The notes: generated by a model not told the origin, from the sequence alone. A stretch of DNA of 63,977 nt, filler included, from Octopus bimaculoides (GCF_001194135.2; 10 parts of 8 records of this genome joined end to end with filler, not necessarily neighbours in it); one strand, 5' to 3'; shown: positions 38,650-52,313, counted from the whole stretch's first letter. A program made the numbers and translations.

Positions 38650-39140
38650 TCACATCCAGTTTTCAAACGTGTCCAAGATTTGCCTGTTGTGTTTGATTCA
38701 AAACATTTTTTTTTTTCACTTTATCACAGTGGATTATACTGAATCGTTGACAGACGGTTCCTCTGATCAAATGTATCAAATGCTTAAGTACTGCCAACAA
38801 GCGAAATTATTCCTTCTGATCCTGCGGCATTTACGTACTCTGATTCAAAACTTCATTTTTTTTTCTTTTAATCTAACCCAGTGTCAAGCTGTTGGCGGAA
38901 CTTTTACAGTTGTCAAACGGAAAAATCTAGTGCAAATGCTTTAACACTTCCAGCATACAAAATGGTTGCCTTTGATCCAATAGTATTTCCTTCCGCACAA
39001 CGTTTGATTCAAAACTGTTTTCACTGATTTAACGCAGCGGAGAAAACTAAGTTGCTCACAAATTATTCCTCCTTCGATCAAATAAATCTATTGCAGATGT
39101 TTTAGCACTGCCAATATGCAAAATAGTTCCCTTTGATCTT
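38650..39140. repeat. Three divergent ~155-bp tandem units
   Basis: TGATTCAAAAC recurs at about 38694, 38841 and 39005. CA(A/G)ATG(C/T)TT..(C/T)ACT(G/T)CCA..AAA..TGATC also recurs in each unit. Confidence 0.7.
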
Positions 39141-39331
39141 AATACCAAGGTAAGTGAATATTTAGATCCGAACTTCAACCTTGGCTCAAGAAAGGTTCGA
39201 AAGAAAAATAGCGTAAATGGTGCTTAGAAAGATTAAAAACGAGATGAAAGGAAAATATCAGGAAACGATCCGAAAATATTTCTCCTCTGCCCTTACAATC
39301 AGTTCAAACAGCAACTACCTGAGAATTTATT

Positions 39332-39594
39332 ATTCTTTCACTCTTTTACTTGTTCCAATCATTGGACTACGGCCATGCTGGGGTACACTGCTTTGAATGG
39401 TTTAGTCGAAAAAATCTGGCCCCAGCACTTATTTTTTGTTAACTCTGGTATTACTGTAACGGTACATTTTGCCGCCTGACGGCTATGTTACAGGGGTGTA
39501 AACCAACCAGCACCGGTTGTCAAGCAATGCGAGGACAAAGACACGCACGCACACACTTATATGGATGGATGGATGGATGGATGGAAAGACAGAC

Positions 39595-39641
<47 letters not shown>

Positions 39642-39750
39642 CAGACAGGCACTGGTCGGACAAGGGTTATAGTAGAAGACACTTGCCTCAAGTGCCGTGT
39701 AGAGGGGCTGAACTCAAAATCGTGTCGTCACGAATCAGACTTCTGCCACC
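39332..39750 (-). mobile_element. CORE-type SINE, divergent, with internal (GATA)n
   Basis: Tail ACTTGTTCCAATCATTGGACTACGGCCATGCTGG; head TATAGTAGAAGACACTTGCC. Confidence 0.8.
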
Positions 39751-39961
39751 TATATTGAAAACCATATTGAAGTGCGATTTTCTTTTTCTCAGACATTTAA
39801 CAGAACCAATTATTTCTCTATCTAGAATCAATGATTTGAAATGAACATGTCTTGAATTCCAATAATATCCAAGGACCAATTCCATCGACACTGAAAAGTT
39901 TTCGGCAGCTTTGTTTCTTTTCTATAACAATAAGCGTCGTCTACTATAACTCCGGACAGAC

Positions 39962-40015
39962 TAATGCCTTGTGAGTGAATTTGGTAGACGGAAACTGCAT
40001 GGAAGCCCTTCACAT

Positions 40016-40046
<31 letters not shown>

Positions 40047-40285
40047 CGCGTGTCTTTGTTTGTCTCTCCACTTGACAACTGGTGCTGGTTTGTTTACATC
40101 CTTGTAACTTGGTGGTTTGGTAAAAAGATTCTGAAAGAACACATAACAGGTTTAAAAAAAAACATATCTACTGGCGCCGATTTTTCGACTAAACTCTTCG
40201 AGGCGGTGCTCCATCATGGCAGCGGTACCCCAGCATGGCAGCAGTTAAATTACTGAAACAAGTAAAGTAATAAAAGACTAAAGAA
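39962..40285 (+). mobile_element. CORE-type SINE, 3' two-thirds
   Basis: GCCTTGTGAGTGAATTTGGTAGACGGAAACTG..GGCGGTGCTCCATCATGGC..CTGAAACAAGTAAAG. Confidence 0.8.
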
Positions 40286-40368
40286 TATTATTGAAATAAA
40301 TTCCTTACAGACGTAGGGATATTTACTCTTAATCTCATAATATTTCCGTAATATAAGGTAGCGAAGTA

Positions 40369-40768
40369 TCCGAATCGTTCGCGCGCCAAACAAAATGCTT
40401 AGCAAGGATGAAAGGCAAAGAACAAAATGCTTAGAAAGGATGAAAGGCAAAGTCGACCTCGGCGGAATTTGAACTCAGAGCATAAAGACGGACGAAATAC
40501 CGCTAAGCATTTCGCTCGGCGTGCTAACGTTTCTTTTTTCTTTATTGCCCACAATGGGCTAAACATAGAGGGGACAAACAAGGATAGACAAAGGTATTAA
40601 GTCGATCGCATCGACTCCAGTGCGTAACTGGTACTTAATTTATCGATCCCGAAAGTATGAAAGACAAAGTTGACCTCGGCGGAATTTGAACTCAGAATGT
40701 AACGGCAGACGAAATACCGCTAAGCATTTCGCCCGGCGTGCTAACGTTTCTGCCAGCTCGCCGCCTTG
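40369..40768 (-). mobile_element. Nested/tandem GGCGAGCTGG-family SINEs (partial plus full, tail type A)
   Basis: Two AAGGATGAAAG..GACCTCGGCGGAATTTGAACTCAG blocks; the full copy spans 40534-40768. Confidence 0.9.
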
Positions 40769-41211
40769 CCTAATACAAATATTGAAATTGACGAATTATT
40801 CAATAAGAAGAACGTTATGAAAACAAGACTTATGAAACTTTCAATGTTTGGGGTTATTTTCTCTGAGTATAATAGGGCCAATGTTGTTTTCCTCTCTTCT
40901 AACATATGATAAATATTGTAAATATAATTATCTTCTTGAAGTAATCTTTCGTTAATAAACTTGGTACGACAGACACATGTCTAGCTCAGAGACAAGATAA
41001 CAGTGCTGAAGATATTGAAAGATTTAATAATGTAAATTTGTTGATTTACTAATTTAGCTTTATCGGGAGAAATTTAATTTCTAGACTTCCTTTTCAATAA
41101 AATAAGATACGTGATTTTTCCATGGTGGCCAGTTAGTGTTAGAAAGATGATTATTTCTACTTAATATTAATATTAGAAGTTAGATATTTAAGATTGATGA
41201 ACAAGGAAGGA

Positions 41212-41682
41212 GAAGCAGGTGGAGCTGTTTGGTACGTAGTTTGTTTCCTAGCCACATGGTTCCGAGTTCAGTCACACTGCGTGGCACCTTAGATAAGTGT
41301 TTTATACTATAGCTTCGGACTGACCAAAACCCTGTGAGTGCATGAGTGTATTCGGGAACTGAAAAGAAGCCTGCCGTACATGTGTATGTGTGTGTCTTCT
41401 GTATGTGTCGCGTGTGTAAGTGTCTTGTATGTGTGCATCTTTGTGTGTATATGTGTATGTTTTATATATGCGTGTACCCCTATGCGCGTATGTTTTATAT
41501 ATGTGTATGTGCGTATGTTTTATACGTTTTTGACAATGTATTTATGTCCCTGCAACTTAGTGATAGACTAAGTACCAAACTTTTAAAAAAATAAGTACTG
41601 GGGTGGATTCGTTCGATCAAAATTCTTCGAGATGGAGCCCCAGCATGGCTGCAGTCTGATGACTGAAACAAATAAAAGATGA
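41212..41682 (+). mobile_element. CORE-type SINE, full length
   Basis: CCACATGGTTCCGAGTTCAGTCACACTGCGTGGCACCTT..CCAGCATGGCTGCAGTC..GACTGAAACAAATAAAAG. Confidence 0.85.
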
Positions 41683-42714
41683 AAGGGTCAACGTCTTCAT
41701 CTAATGAGTTATTAGGTACTAATTGGCCCTCTGCCGTCAAAAATGACGGGTAATTGTTGTGTTTTATATACAAATATGGATGGTAAATCAAATTAATACA
41801 CTTGTCAACGTTATTCAGTGGTTGTCTTTTGAGATGTGACATCGATCATCGTTTGTTAGTGAAAGAACGCTGATTCACACACATACAAACATTCACAAAG
41901 CATACACGCACACACATACACACATATATTCACACAGAGTTGAAACGCTGTTCGATTTTTCTTTTCTTTCCTGTTTGATTTTTCTTTTCACCATCCCACT
42001 TCCATTGAACGCACACACACACATACACACACATACACACACATACACACGCACGCGCACACGCACACACACACACACACACAAATATTCACATACCTTC
42101 TTTTACATACATACACATATACTCACACAGAGTTGAAACGCTGTTTGATTATTTTTTCACCTCCTTCCTACCCTATTCATTTATCACTCCTTCCTTCCTC
42201 ATTCATATGTTGCGACGGAGAAAAACAAAAGAGTATTATTATAGTAGATAATTGATGAGATCTCCTATTATTTTACCAACCCCGCAACGGTAAACTATTC
42301 GAACTCGGAACGCAGAGTACCGGGTCAGTTATCATATGGTATTTGCCCGACGCTCTGACGATTCTGCCAACCGACTGCCTTCTATTTATGACATAGCAAC
42401 ATTTTTCACGAATCCAAATTATCCATTTTATCTACCTTCGCTTATTTCCTGATCTAAGCTGCGAAATATTTTCTTTTTCCTTCTTTTCTTTTAGAGATTT
42501 AACGTAAGTCCGCTTAAGGTTTTGTTCTTCTGAGATATTTCACAGTTTCTGTTGGTTTGCTTTTTTTTTTAATTTCTAAAGTATTTCCATCTTTTTTATT
42601 ATATTTATTCATTCTGATCTCACCCTCACAATATTTTAACCTAATCTCCGGCACTAGGAGTTGAACAACCTACTTTAAAAAGGAAATAGCACGCTTTCTC
42701 TCTCTCACTCTCTC

Positions 42715-42752
<38 letters not shown>

Positions 42753-42802
42753 NNNNNNNNNNNNNNNNNNNNNNNNNNNNNNCTCTCTCAGGTGGAGAAA
42801 AA

Positions 42803-42832
42803 TTTTTCATCGAAGCTTTTCACGATATGTGT

Positions 42833-42873
<41 letters not shown>

Positions 42874-42902
42874 TGTGTGTAGTGAAAAGCTTCGATGAAA
42901 AA
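42803..42902. repeat. Perfect 21-bp inverted repeat enclosing a GT microsatellite
   Basis: TTTTTCATCGAAGCTTTTCAC (42803-42823) and GTGAAAAGCTTCGATGAAAAA (42882-42902). Confidence 0.95.
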
Positions 42903-44024
42903 ATGTTATGCGTGTGTCTGTGTGTAGATGTGTATCATATTCTTTCATTCTTTCACTTCCCCTCTTTCAATTGCATGTACGTCCTATCCATTTTTTCTTC
43001 TTCATTGCCATATATTATGCCGCCCAAATGTTGATGTCGTTATGCAAGTTTCGTACTCTTTCACATCTTTGCCTCCATTTTTGCCTCGCCATCGTGTATA
43101 CTAAAATATCCGTCACTGTTTCTTGGTCTGATTAACAAGAGATTCTCGTGTTCGTGATTTTCTATTTAATTCGATCCAACACCTCCAGAGCAGCTTGGCT
43201 GAAGTGAACCACACACAAACAATGCACTGCAAAGATTGTTCAACTATGAATACTCCACAGTTTATTCCTTGCACTGCGAACGCAGCCTTGGATTGAAATG
43301 CATTGTCACAGCGCATCATCTTGAGAAAATGTTTTCTACGAAAAATGTCAGGCCTACCCGAGGAAATATTGTATAAGAAACTGGTCAGATGGAAACAAAA
43401 CCCGTAGGATATACTATTTGAAGCAGTAACAATACTCCATCGTCCAGTTCAATATCCTGAACCCATTTGACCCGTGGGCACTTTAAGCCAATTTCACTCA
43501 TTCGAAATCTCCGTTAAGCACTGCTTCTCATCAGACGTGGTTTTTTTCTCTCTTCCGCTCTCCTCCTTATCATAAAAAGCCATAGAATTGTGTGTGTGTG
43601 TGTGTGTGTNNNNNNNNNNNNNNNNNNNNNNNNNNNNNNNNNNNNNNNNNNNNNNNNNNNNNNNNNNNNNNNNNNNNNNNNNNNNNNNNNNNNNNNNNNN
43701 NNNNNNNNNNNNNNNNNNNNNNNNNNNNNNNNNNNNNNNNNNNNNNNNNNNNNNNNNNNNNNNNNNNNNNNNNNNNNNNNNNNNNNNNNNNNNNNNNNNN
43801 NNNNNNNNNNNNNNNNNNNNNNNNNNNNNNNNNNNNNNNNNNNNNNNNNNNNNNNNNNNNNNNNNNNNNNNNNNNNNNNNNNNNNNNNNNNNNNNNNNNN
43901 NNNNNNNNNNNNNNNNNNNNNNNNGGGATGAAAGGCAAAGTCGACCCCGGTGGAATTTGAACTCAGAACGTAAAGTAGGAAAAAATCCTGCTAAACATTT
44001 TTACCGGTGCGGTATGCATGCATG

Positions 44025-44055
<31 letters not shown>

Positions 44056-45400
44056 TTATGTGTGTGTGTATATATATGTGTGTATGTGCATGTGTATGTA
44101 TATCTACACGTACATATGTGTATATATGCATATGTATATATATATATGTGTGTGTATGTGTGTGTGTGTGTGTATGTATGTATGCATGTATGTATATGCA
44201 CAGTAATACATTAGCGCTTATGTAGAGACAAATGTACCATTTATATATGTGTGCGTATGTGTGTGGTGTGTGTATACACATATATATGTATGCATATAAA
44301 TATATATCATATATAAATATACAGATATACTTGTTTTTCTCTCCTCCATCTGTAACTCTAATCATACTCCTTCACTTATCCAGTTCTTACTTCTATCTCA
44401 TTTATTATCTCTCTCACACTTCAAACCTTATTCTTGGCTTCTCCTTATTACCACGTCCTCTCCTACATACCTCTTTCATCGCAACACCTCCTTCTTTTCT
44501 ATTTGTGAGCCTTTCCAATATCAATATAGGTTGATGTTTTCTTTAACATTATTGATGTAAATATCGTTAACAGCCAGTCTATTGTAAAAAGGAAAGACTA
44601 CACTTGGTTGTGACCGTAATTTGAACTCGCAACCACAAAATTTGTCTTCTCGCTAAAATTAATTAAAATCAGCTGATATTTCAATTTCAGCGGCTGTCAA
44701 GTGTCACCAATGTAATCAGCAGTAGTTCTCTTCGTTAATCAAGTTTTCTGCTAAAACTATCACCTGTTACTGACTTCTAGTAGGAAAGACACCAAAATGG
44801 GTGAATAGAGAAGTGAATTGTGTTGATAGAATTAGAGTGACTAATAGATAAAGTAAACAGTATGTGAGAGAAGGATAGAGAAAGAGAGAGGGATATAGAA
44901 AGAAAGAGGGAGGGAAGAGAGCAGATAATCGTGAAGCAATGAGAAAGAGAAGACGAAAATACAGAAAAAGAAATAGATAGCGATAATAGAACGAGAGAGG
45001 AAAAAGAATGACTCGCAGTTGCAAACTTTCAGGGAGAAGTGGGATAAGGGATAAATCAGTGAAACAGAGATTCAGCACTGTGGCGGCAGAGGAGATGCCG
45101 GCGACAGATGCATACAAAATAAAGACGATGAGAAGACGCACATAGGCAAGCATACACACAAACACGCATACGCAATTTTTTTTCAAATATACAATAGATA
45201 TTATGGTATGGCGGTGTTTCCTAACGTTATACACTCTTTTCCATTATATATAATTATATTTGCTCCGAGATATTTTGATTTGTGTCTCGTGGGATACTGG
45301 TAAATAGTATGTGTACATGTATATGAGTACGAGTATGTCAACGTGATAAGTTTGTTTATTCTACAAAATTAGTCGAAAACTTTTAGTTTTACCATATTTC

Positions 45401-45552
<152 letters not shown>

Positions 45553-46234
45553 TTCAATTTGTTTTGCCACCACCATTCCCAGAGAAATCCTGTATTAGAT
45601 GAGATGTTTAGACAAGTGATTGGCTTTTTCCCGTATTTAAGTTTTCCGACTTCAGAAAGCAGAACAATCCGACGTAGAACTAACCAATTCCAAATGAAAA
45701 GCAAGCAAATTAAGAACTCGAACCGCATTGTATAACTTATTGTTTTTTCAAGTAGAAATTAACTTTTTCCGCCAATAATTAGTTTTAAAGACATCAATAT
45801 CCGGTACAGACGATTGTTTCCAGTCCTTTTATAATTTAAAAAAATGTTATTTTTTGAGTCTTTAGAATATTTTTAGCGCCATTCATTTAAAGTCATCAAT
45901 ACACTTTTTTTTACTTTTCTCGCAATATTTCAGTTAAATTTTTTGTTACACTTCCCTTTAAAAACTTTTTATCTTCTGTGGTTTGGTTGTCTGTATATTA
46001 TTATTATTTGTTTTTTCATAAATTTATTCTGTATATCATTAAATTATCTGTAGCCAATTCTTGATTATCTGCATTTTTTTGTAAATTTTTTTTTTTTTTG
46101 TAAATTTCTTTTGTATTTATTTATCTTGTATCAATATCGTTTTATCCAATCTGAACAACTGGAATAAGAATGCCTCTACAGATTTGCTTGATATGCTAGA
46201 AATGGCAATCAGCTTCACTAAAATCAAGAAATAG

Positions 46235-46622
46235 GCTCAGTCATGACTGTGTGGTAATAAGCTCGCTTCCCAACCACATAGTTCTGGGTTCGGTCTCACT
46301 GCATGGCACTTCGGGCAAGTGTCTACTGTAACCTCAGGTTGACCAAAGCCTTGTGAATGGATTTGGTAGGCGGAAACTGAAAGATGCCAGTCAAATATAT
46401 ATAAATATGAATACATTTATGGGTGTGTAACTTTGTGTCTGCGTTTGTCGCCAGCACGGCTTGATAACTGGTGTTGGTGTGTTTACGTCCCCGTAAGAAA
46501 CCGATAAAATAAGTATCAGTCTTTTTTAAAAAAATAAGTATTCGGGATTGATTCATTCGACTACAAATTCTTGAAGGCGGTGCTCCAGCATGACTGAAAC
46601 AAGCAAAAGATAAAAGATAAAA
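46235..46622 (+). mobile_element. CORE-type SINE, full length with internal deletion
   Basis: GTGTGGTAATAAGCTCGCTTCCCAACCAC..GGCACTTCGGGCAAGTGTC..GGCGGTGCTCCAGCATGACTGAAACAAG. Confidence 0.85.
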
Positions 46623-46870
46623 AAAAACTAAAACCGCATAATATTGCTCATAATTAAGAAAAAGATAAAAAGACGGTTTAGTGATGGTCAAAGCCTCTTT
46701 GATCATTGATCTGCTCAATCAGGAATAACTTGAAGTTAAACAACAACGACTGAAATATGACTATTTTTTATTAGTATTTAACTTGCGTTTTATGTAATCA
46801 AAAGTTTCTTGTGCTTTGTCGGTGAATTGTGGCTGACGAACTACTCGAAAAAAATTAACTATACTTGATA

Positions 46871-46922
<52 letters not shown>

Positions 46923-47073
46923 CTCATTACGACTTGGTCATTCCATACTGGTGCATTCATCATATAAAAGGGCNNNNNNNNNNNNNNNNNNNNNNNNNNN
47001 NNNNNNNNNNNNNNNNNTTAATTAATTAANNNNNNNNNNNNNNNNNNNNNNNNNNNNNNNNNNNNNNNNNNNN

Positions 47074-47110
<37 letters not shown>

Positions 47111-47289
47111 ATCCTTTATTCTTGTTGAATTATTTTATTGTTGCTGCATAAAATATGCAGTGTCTAGCTTAGAGGTATATATATATATATATATATATAT
47201 ACCATCAGAAGACTTTACACTTTATAATGAATACCTTTAATATGTAACAGAACATTCTTTCGCTTCTACTCGAAGTCAATATATATATA

Positions 47290-47510
47290 TTCTTTTATTC
47301 TTTTATTTGTTTCAGTCATTTGACAATGGCCATGCTGGAGCACCGCCTTTAGTCGAACAATTCGACACTAGAACATATTCTTTGTAAGCCTAGTACTTAT
47401 TCTATCGGTCTCTTTCGCCGAACCTCTAGCTTACGGGGACGTAAATACCAGCATCGGTTGTCACAAGATGATGGGGAGACAAACACAGACACACAACCAA
47501 ACATACATAG
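47290..47510 (-). mobile_element. CORE-type SINE, 3' part
   Basis: TTGTTTCAGTCATTTGACAATGGCCATGCTGGAGCACCGCCTTTAGTCG. Confidence 0.85.
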
Positions 47511-47532
47511 ATACATACATACATATAAACAT

Positions 47533-47583
<51 letters not shown>

Positions 47584-47614
47584 TACATATATATAACTAA
47601 AAAAAAACAACAAG

Positions 47615-47790
47615 ATTCCGTCAGTCACGAATGACCATGGGTGTACTTAAGCGGTAAATCGCCTCACCGACGAACGCACAACCTGGGGTTGTTTTTTATG
47701 GAAGACCAGCAGTCACCCAACCGTCCCTCTCCGCGTCACCGATGTTACCCAAGGGAAAAGCAAAGGCCGATACAGCCAAGACATCTATCA
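47615..47790 (-). mobile_element. 3' tail of a further SINE/RTE-related repeat
   Basis: CAGTCACGAATGACCATGGG..TTTATGGAAGACCAGCAGTC..GATGTTACCCAAGGGAAA..GGCCGATACAGC, recalled as an RTE-type 3' end. Confidence 0.5.
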
Positions 47791-48798
47791 GAAATTCTTC
47801 AGGCAGAGAATCAAATAATACAAAATTTACATTTCGATAAAGCATTTATATATAATTAGTAATCAAGAACCCTTTAGATAATTAGAGGGGAGAAAAACAT
47901 ATCGACTAATATAGAAGAGAGAGAGAGAGAGAGAACTAGAAAATTAAATAATAAATTTACACAACTACACAATTATGTATATGCACACACACATACACAT
48001 ACACACACACGCACGCACACACATCTATACATGTATTCACATGCTGTCTATATGTATATATTTTTGTTTAAACGGTCAGTGTATTGCATTTACGGCAATA
48101 ACAGACAGGAACCCTTAGAAATTCCATACCAAATTTCACTGACAAGACATTTCAATCCTGTGACTATGACTGAATGAAGTTTCTCAAGTGTCCCAAGTCG
48201 CTGCTTGTTTCATTGAGGAATGGAACCTGAAACCCCATAGTTACACATAACTACAAAGTTAACTTTTTGGTCACGCAGCCTCAAATTCTTACAAAATATA
48301 TAAAATAAATAAATACAGGCATGTTCCTAAATTGGAAAGAAAAACAAAAATTGATGATAAATCTAAAAGCCAAAAAAAAAAAAGTCCGAAAGAGTTGAAT
48401 TCTAACTTGTTAAGGAGGTAATCCGATGATATATTGCGAAAATGGTTAGAAGAGATCAAGCGAAATTCAAAGTCACTTTAGCAGAACGATCTCATAAGAA
48501 ATCAGCTAGACAGCATGTAACCGATACACTTCACATTAGAGTACATTGTATGTGATCTCTGATATTATGCATACATGCATACTTATATACATATAGCTAT
48601 ATATANNNNNNNNNNNNNNNNNNNNNNNNNNNNNNNNNNNNNNNNNNNNNNNNNNNNNNNNNNNNNNNNNNNNNNNNNNTAAAATAATCTATAAAGAACC
48701 AAATGAATAGTATAAAAACAAGAATACATATTATTTTCAAATAGTAGAAAATCTTTAGCAAAGTGAAAACAGTACTTATCCAAATTTTTCCGTAATTC

Positions 48799-48850
<52 letters not shown>

Positions 48851-49175
48851 TTATGTATGTGTGTGTGTGCATGCGTGTATTTGAGTGTGTGTGTGTGTTC
48901 TGAATTCAGCTAATCCACCAAATTTTTTAGACAGGACTTCCTTTTTTCATTAAAAATTTTCCCCTCATTTTTTTTATTTCTTTCAAATAAATATAATTTT
49001 TCATTGCGAAACGATTCTTCTACTCATTCTTGGTTTTTTTTTTGTGTTATGCTAACATTTCAACAAATAAATTTCTTTGAAATACAAGTAGAAGAAGTCG
49101 AAAAACAAATATTTATTTTATCATTGTTTGTTTGTTTTTTCTTGTCTCCCGGTTCTAGTTAAGAAAGCAGCAGAA

Positions 49176-49207
<32 letters not shown>

Positions 49208-50739
49208 GAAGAATCATAATAATAACAATGATAATGATAATAATAATAATAATTATAATAATAATAACAATAATAATAATAATTATAGCAACAAGAAAAC
49301 ACAATACAACAATATAAAAAAAAAGCAATGATAAATCAACAGAATTTTTTCCCCCAATTTTTACGCAATAGTAAATTAATGATTCGTTTCGCTGAACAAA
49401 TATCCTCTGCCATTTTCCTGTTCAGGTTTTGTATTTTCTTTTGTTCTTTCACAATCTTTTATGTCCTACATTTGAATAAACAATGAACACATTACATTTG
49501 TTTGATTTTTATCCTCAGTCTCATTATTTTGTGTTAATATTTTTTCTTTATCACAATACATTTATTAGTTGAAGTTTGGAAAGACTTATGCATCTAGTTT
49601 TCTTCATATTTTTTCCTGTTCATCAAAAATTGCTTTTAAAGATATATGTTTCGTATTATATTAGGGTTTTGTTTCAGTTATTTTGTTATTATTTTCCTGT
49701 TTTATTTTTCTTTTATTCCGAAGAAATCAAACGGAAATTCTAGTTAAAGTAACTGCGAAATATATGAGGTTAATCGGTTCACATCACTTTCTATGTATTA
49801 CACGATTAACCATTTCTCTTACAAATAGTATTTTAAAACGTTTTACTTGAACTTTTGAAGTCAATTTTAACTGAACTAATTTACATAAACTATAGCGAAT
49901 TAAAGGCAAATATACATCACAGACACATTAACACACAGGGATGTATACAGAAATACGCAAACATGAAAGATGGCCGACATCCATATGCAGGGAATAGTGT
50001 ATAATGATGTCTACGTTTACTGACCTATTTACATATATATATATTTATATATGTTTTATAACACGGGTATATATATATATATATATATATNNNNNNNNNN
50101 NNNNNNNNNNNNNNNNNNNNNNNNNNNNNNNNNNTTAATTAATTAANNNNNNNNNNNNNNNNNNNNNNNNNNNNNNNNNNNNNNNNNNNNATCCCTCTCC
50201 TCACTTCCGGACCGATTTTGTCTTTTTTTTTTATGCACTACGCACTTAAAAACGATGGGAGAGGCCTTGAAAGTTTTTAAAAAAGAAAAACTTTTGGAAA
50301 TGGCCATCACCATCACAATCCCCTCTTCCTTTACTTTCAAGCAGAAAATGAAGCGTAATTTAAAAACAATAGTGAAATCTTTTTTTAATTTTGTTTATTA
50401 ACTCCGCCCTTCCATAAATCCTAAAATTTCGGCTTTTTTCCAAATTTTTTTAACAATAGTTTTAAGATATGGTCAATCCGAAACTGCAATTTGTTTCTGT
50501 TTACAATTTCAAAATAATTTCCAGGCTGAAAGATGTGTGATTTAAGGGAGACTTAATTGATTTTTTCTAGCACATCTCACGACACCCTGCTAACGAGAAA
50601 AGTTGCAATAGTGCCAACAGGATAAATTGCAATAGCAACAACAATTGCAACAGAGCAATTGCAGCGTTAGTAGTAACAACAGCAATAATTACTACAGTCA
50701 GCATTAACAATCAGCAACAATAGTAATATCAATATCGAA

Positions 50740-51560
50740 TCAACAACCAGAGTAACAGCAATAGCAACATCGAATCAACAACAATAGCAACAACAACAGC
50801 AACCTCGATTCAACAACAATGGCGATAGCAACACCGATTCAACAGTAGTAGCAACAGCACCATCAATATCGATTCAACAATAGCAACATCACAATAGCAA
50901 GAGCAAATTTAAATCAACGACAATAGCAACAGCAACATCGGTTCAACAATAACAACTGCGATAGCAACATTGGCTCGATAAAAAATAACGACTGCAACAT
51001 TGATTCAACAGCATTAGTAACTCGATTCAACAACAGTGGCAACAGCAACATCGAATCCCCAACAATAGCAACAACAACAGCAACCTCGATTCAACAACAA
51101 TAGCAATAGCAACATCGATTCAACAGTAGTAGCTACAGCACCGTCAATATCGGTTCAACAATAGCAACTGCAATAGCAACATCGACTCGATAAAAATAAC
51201 GAGTGCAACATTGATTCAACAGCAATAGCAACAGCAACATCGAATCAACAACAGTAATTTCAACATTGAATCCACAACAATAGCAACAGCAACATCGGTT
51301 CAACAATAGCAACAGCAACATCGATTCAGCAATAGCAACAGCAACATCGGTTCAGCAATAGCAACTGCAATAGCAACATCGACTCGATAAAAATAACGAG
51401 TGCAACATTGACTCAACAGCAATAGCAACATCGAATCAACAACAACAGTAATTTCAACAATGAATCCACAATAGCAACAGCAAGAGCATCGTCGAATCGA
51501 CATTAGCAACATCAAGCCGACAACGATAGCAACAAGAGCATCAACATCGAGTTAGCAACA
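50740..51560. repeat. Complex minisatellite with ~200-bp higher-order units
   Basis: Monomer GCAACAGCAACATCGA(A/T)TCAACAA(CAA)TA; marker GATAAAAA(A)TAACGA(C/G)TGCAACATTGA at 50977, 51189, 51386. Confidence 0.85.
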
Positions 51561-52053
51561 ATAAGTATAAAAGGAACAATAACATCTAAAATACTCACAG
51601 CAGTAATAACAACAACAACAACAACGAGAGAATTAACAATAACTTTGAAAACAAGCGAAATAATGATGACAGTAACAACAACCAGAATAGCAACAGTGTT
51701 AATAGCAGTCACAATAGCAACAATAGTGTATTAGTATCAACGACAAAAACAAGTCTAGCAACAACAACAATGTTAACGACAACAAAAATGGCAATAACAA
51801 AAGAAAAATGGACGTCAGAAAAAAATATCAATGGTAGCTACATTAGCAACAACATTAGCATCTGTGACAACAACAACAACAACAATAATAACGAAAAATA
51901 ATATCAACAAAAACAGCGAACTAGAAAACAGCATATATGTGTGTGTAGGTGTGTGTGTGTGTGTGTGTGTGTGGCGTATAACAAACTACAAAATACAAGA
52001 AAGGTAACAACAATAACAAGAATAACAGTAACAACAACAAGAATTGTATCAAG

Positions 52054-52085
<32 letters not shown>

Positions 52086-52278
52086 CAATAACAATAACAG
52101 CATCAACAATAATAATAATAATAATAACAACAACAACAATAATAACAATAACTATAACAACAACAATAATAATAATATTAAAAAGAACAAGAACAACAAA
52201 TGAGAAGAATAACAACAACAACAGCAACAACTACAAAATCGCAACGACGACGACGGAGAAGAAGAAGAAGAAGAAGAA

Positions 52279-52313
<35 letters not shown>

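Noticed and set aside
43480-43540. CTGATGA on the minus strand; also CTGACGA at ~46832
   Set aside because: No correctly placed GAAA plus stems, so not called as hammerheads.
50740-51560. CRISPR-like array
   Set aside because: Eukaryotic context, degenerate repeats, no unique spacers, no cas genes.
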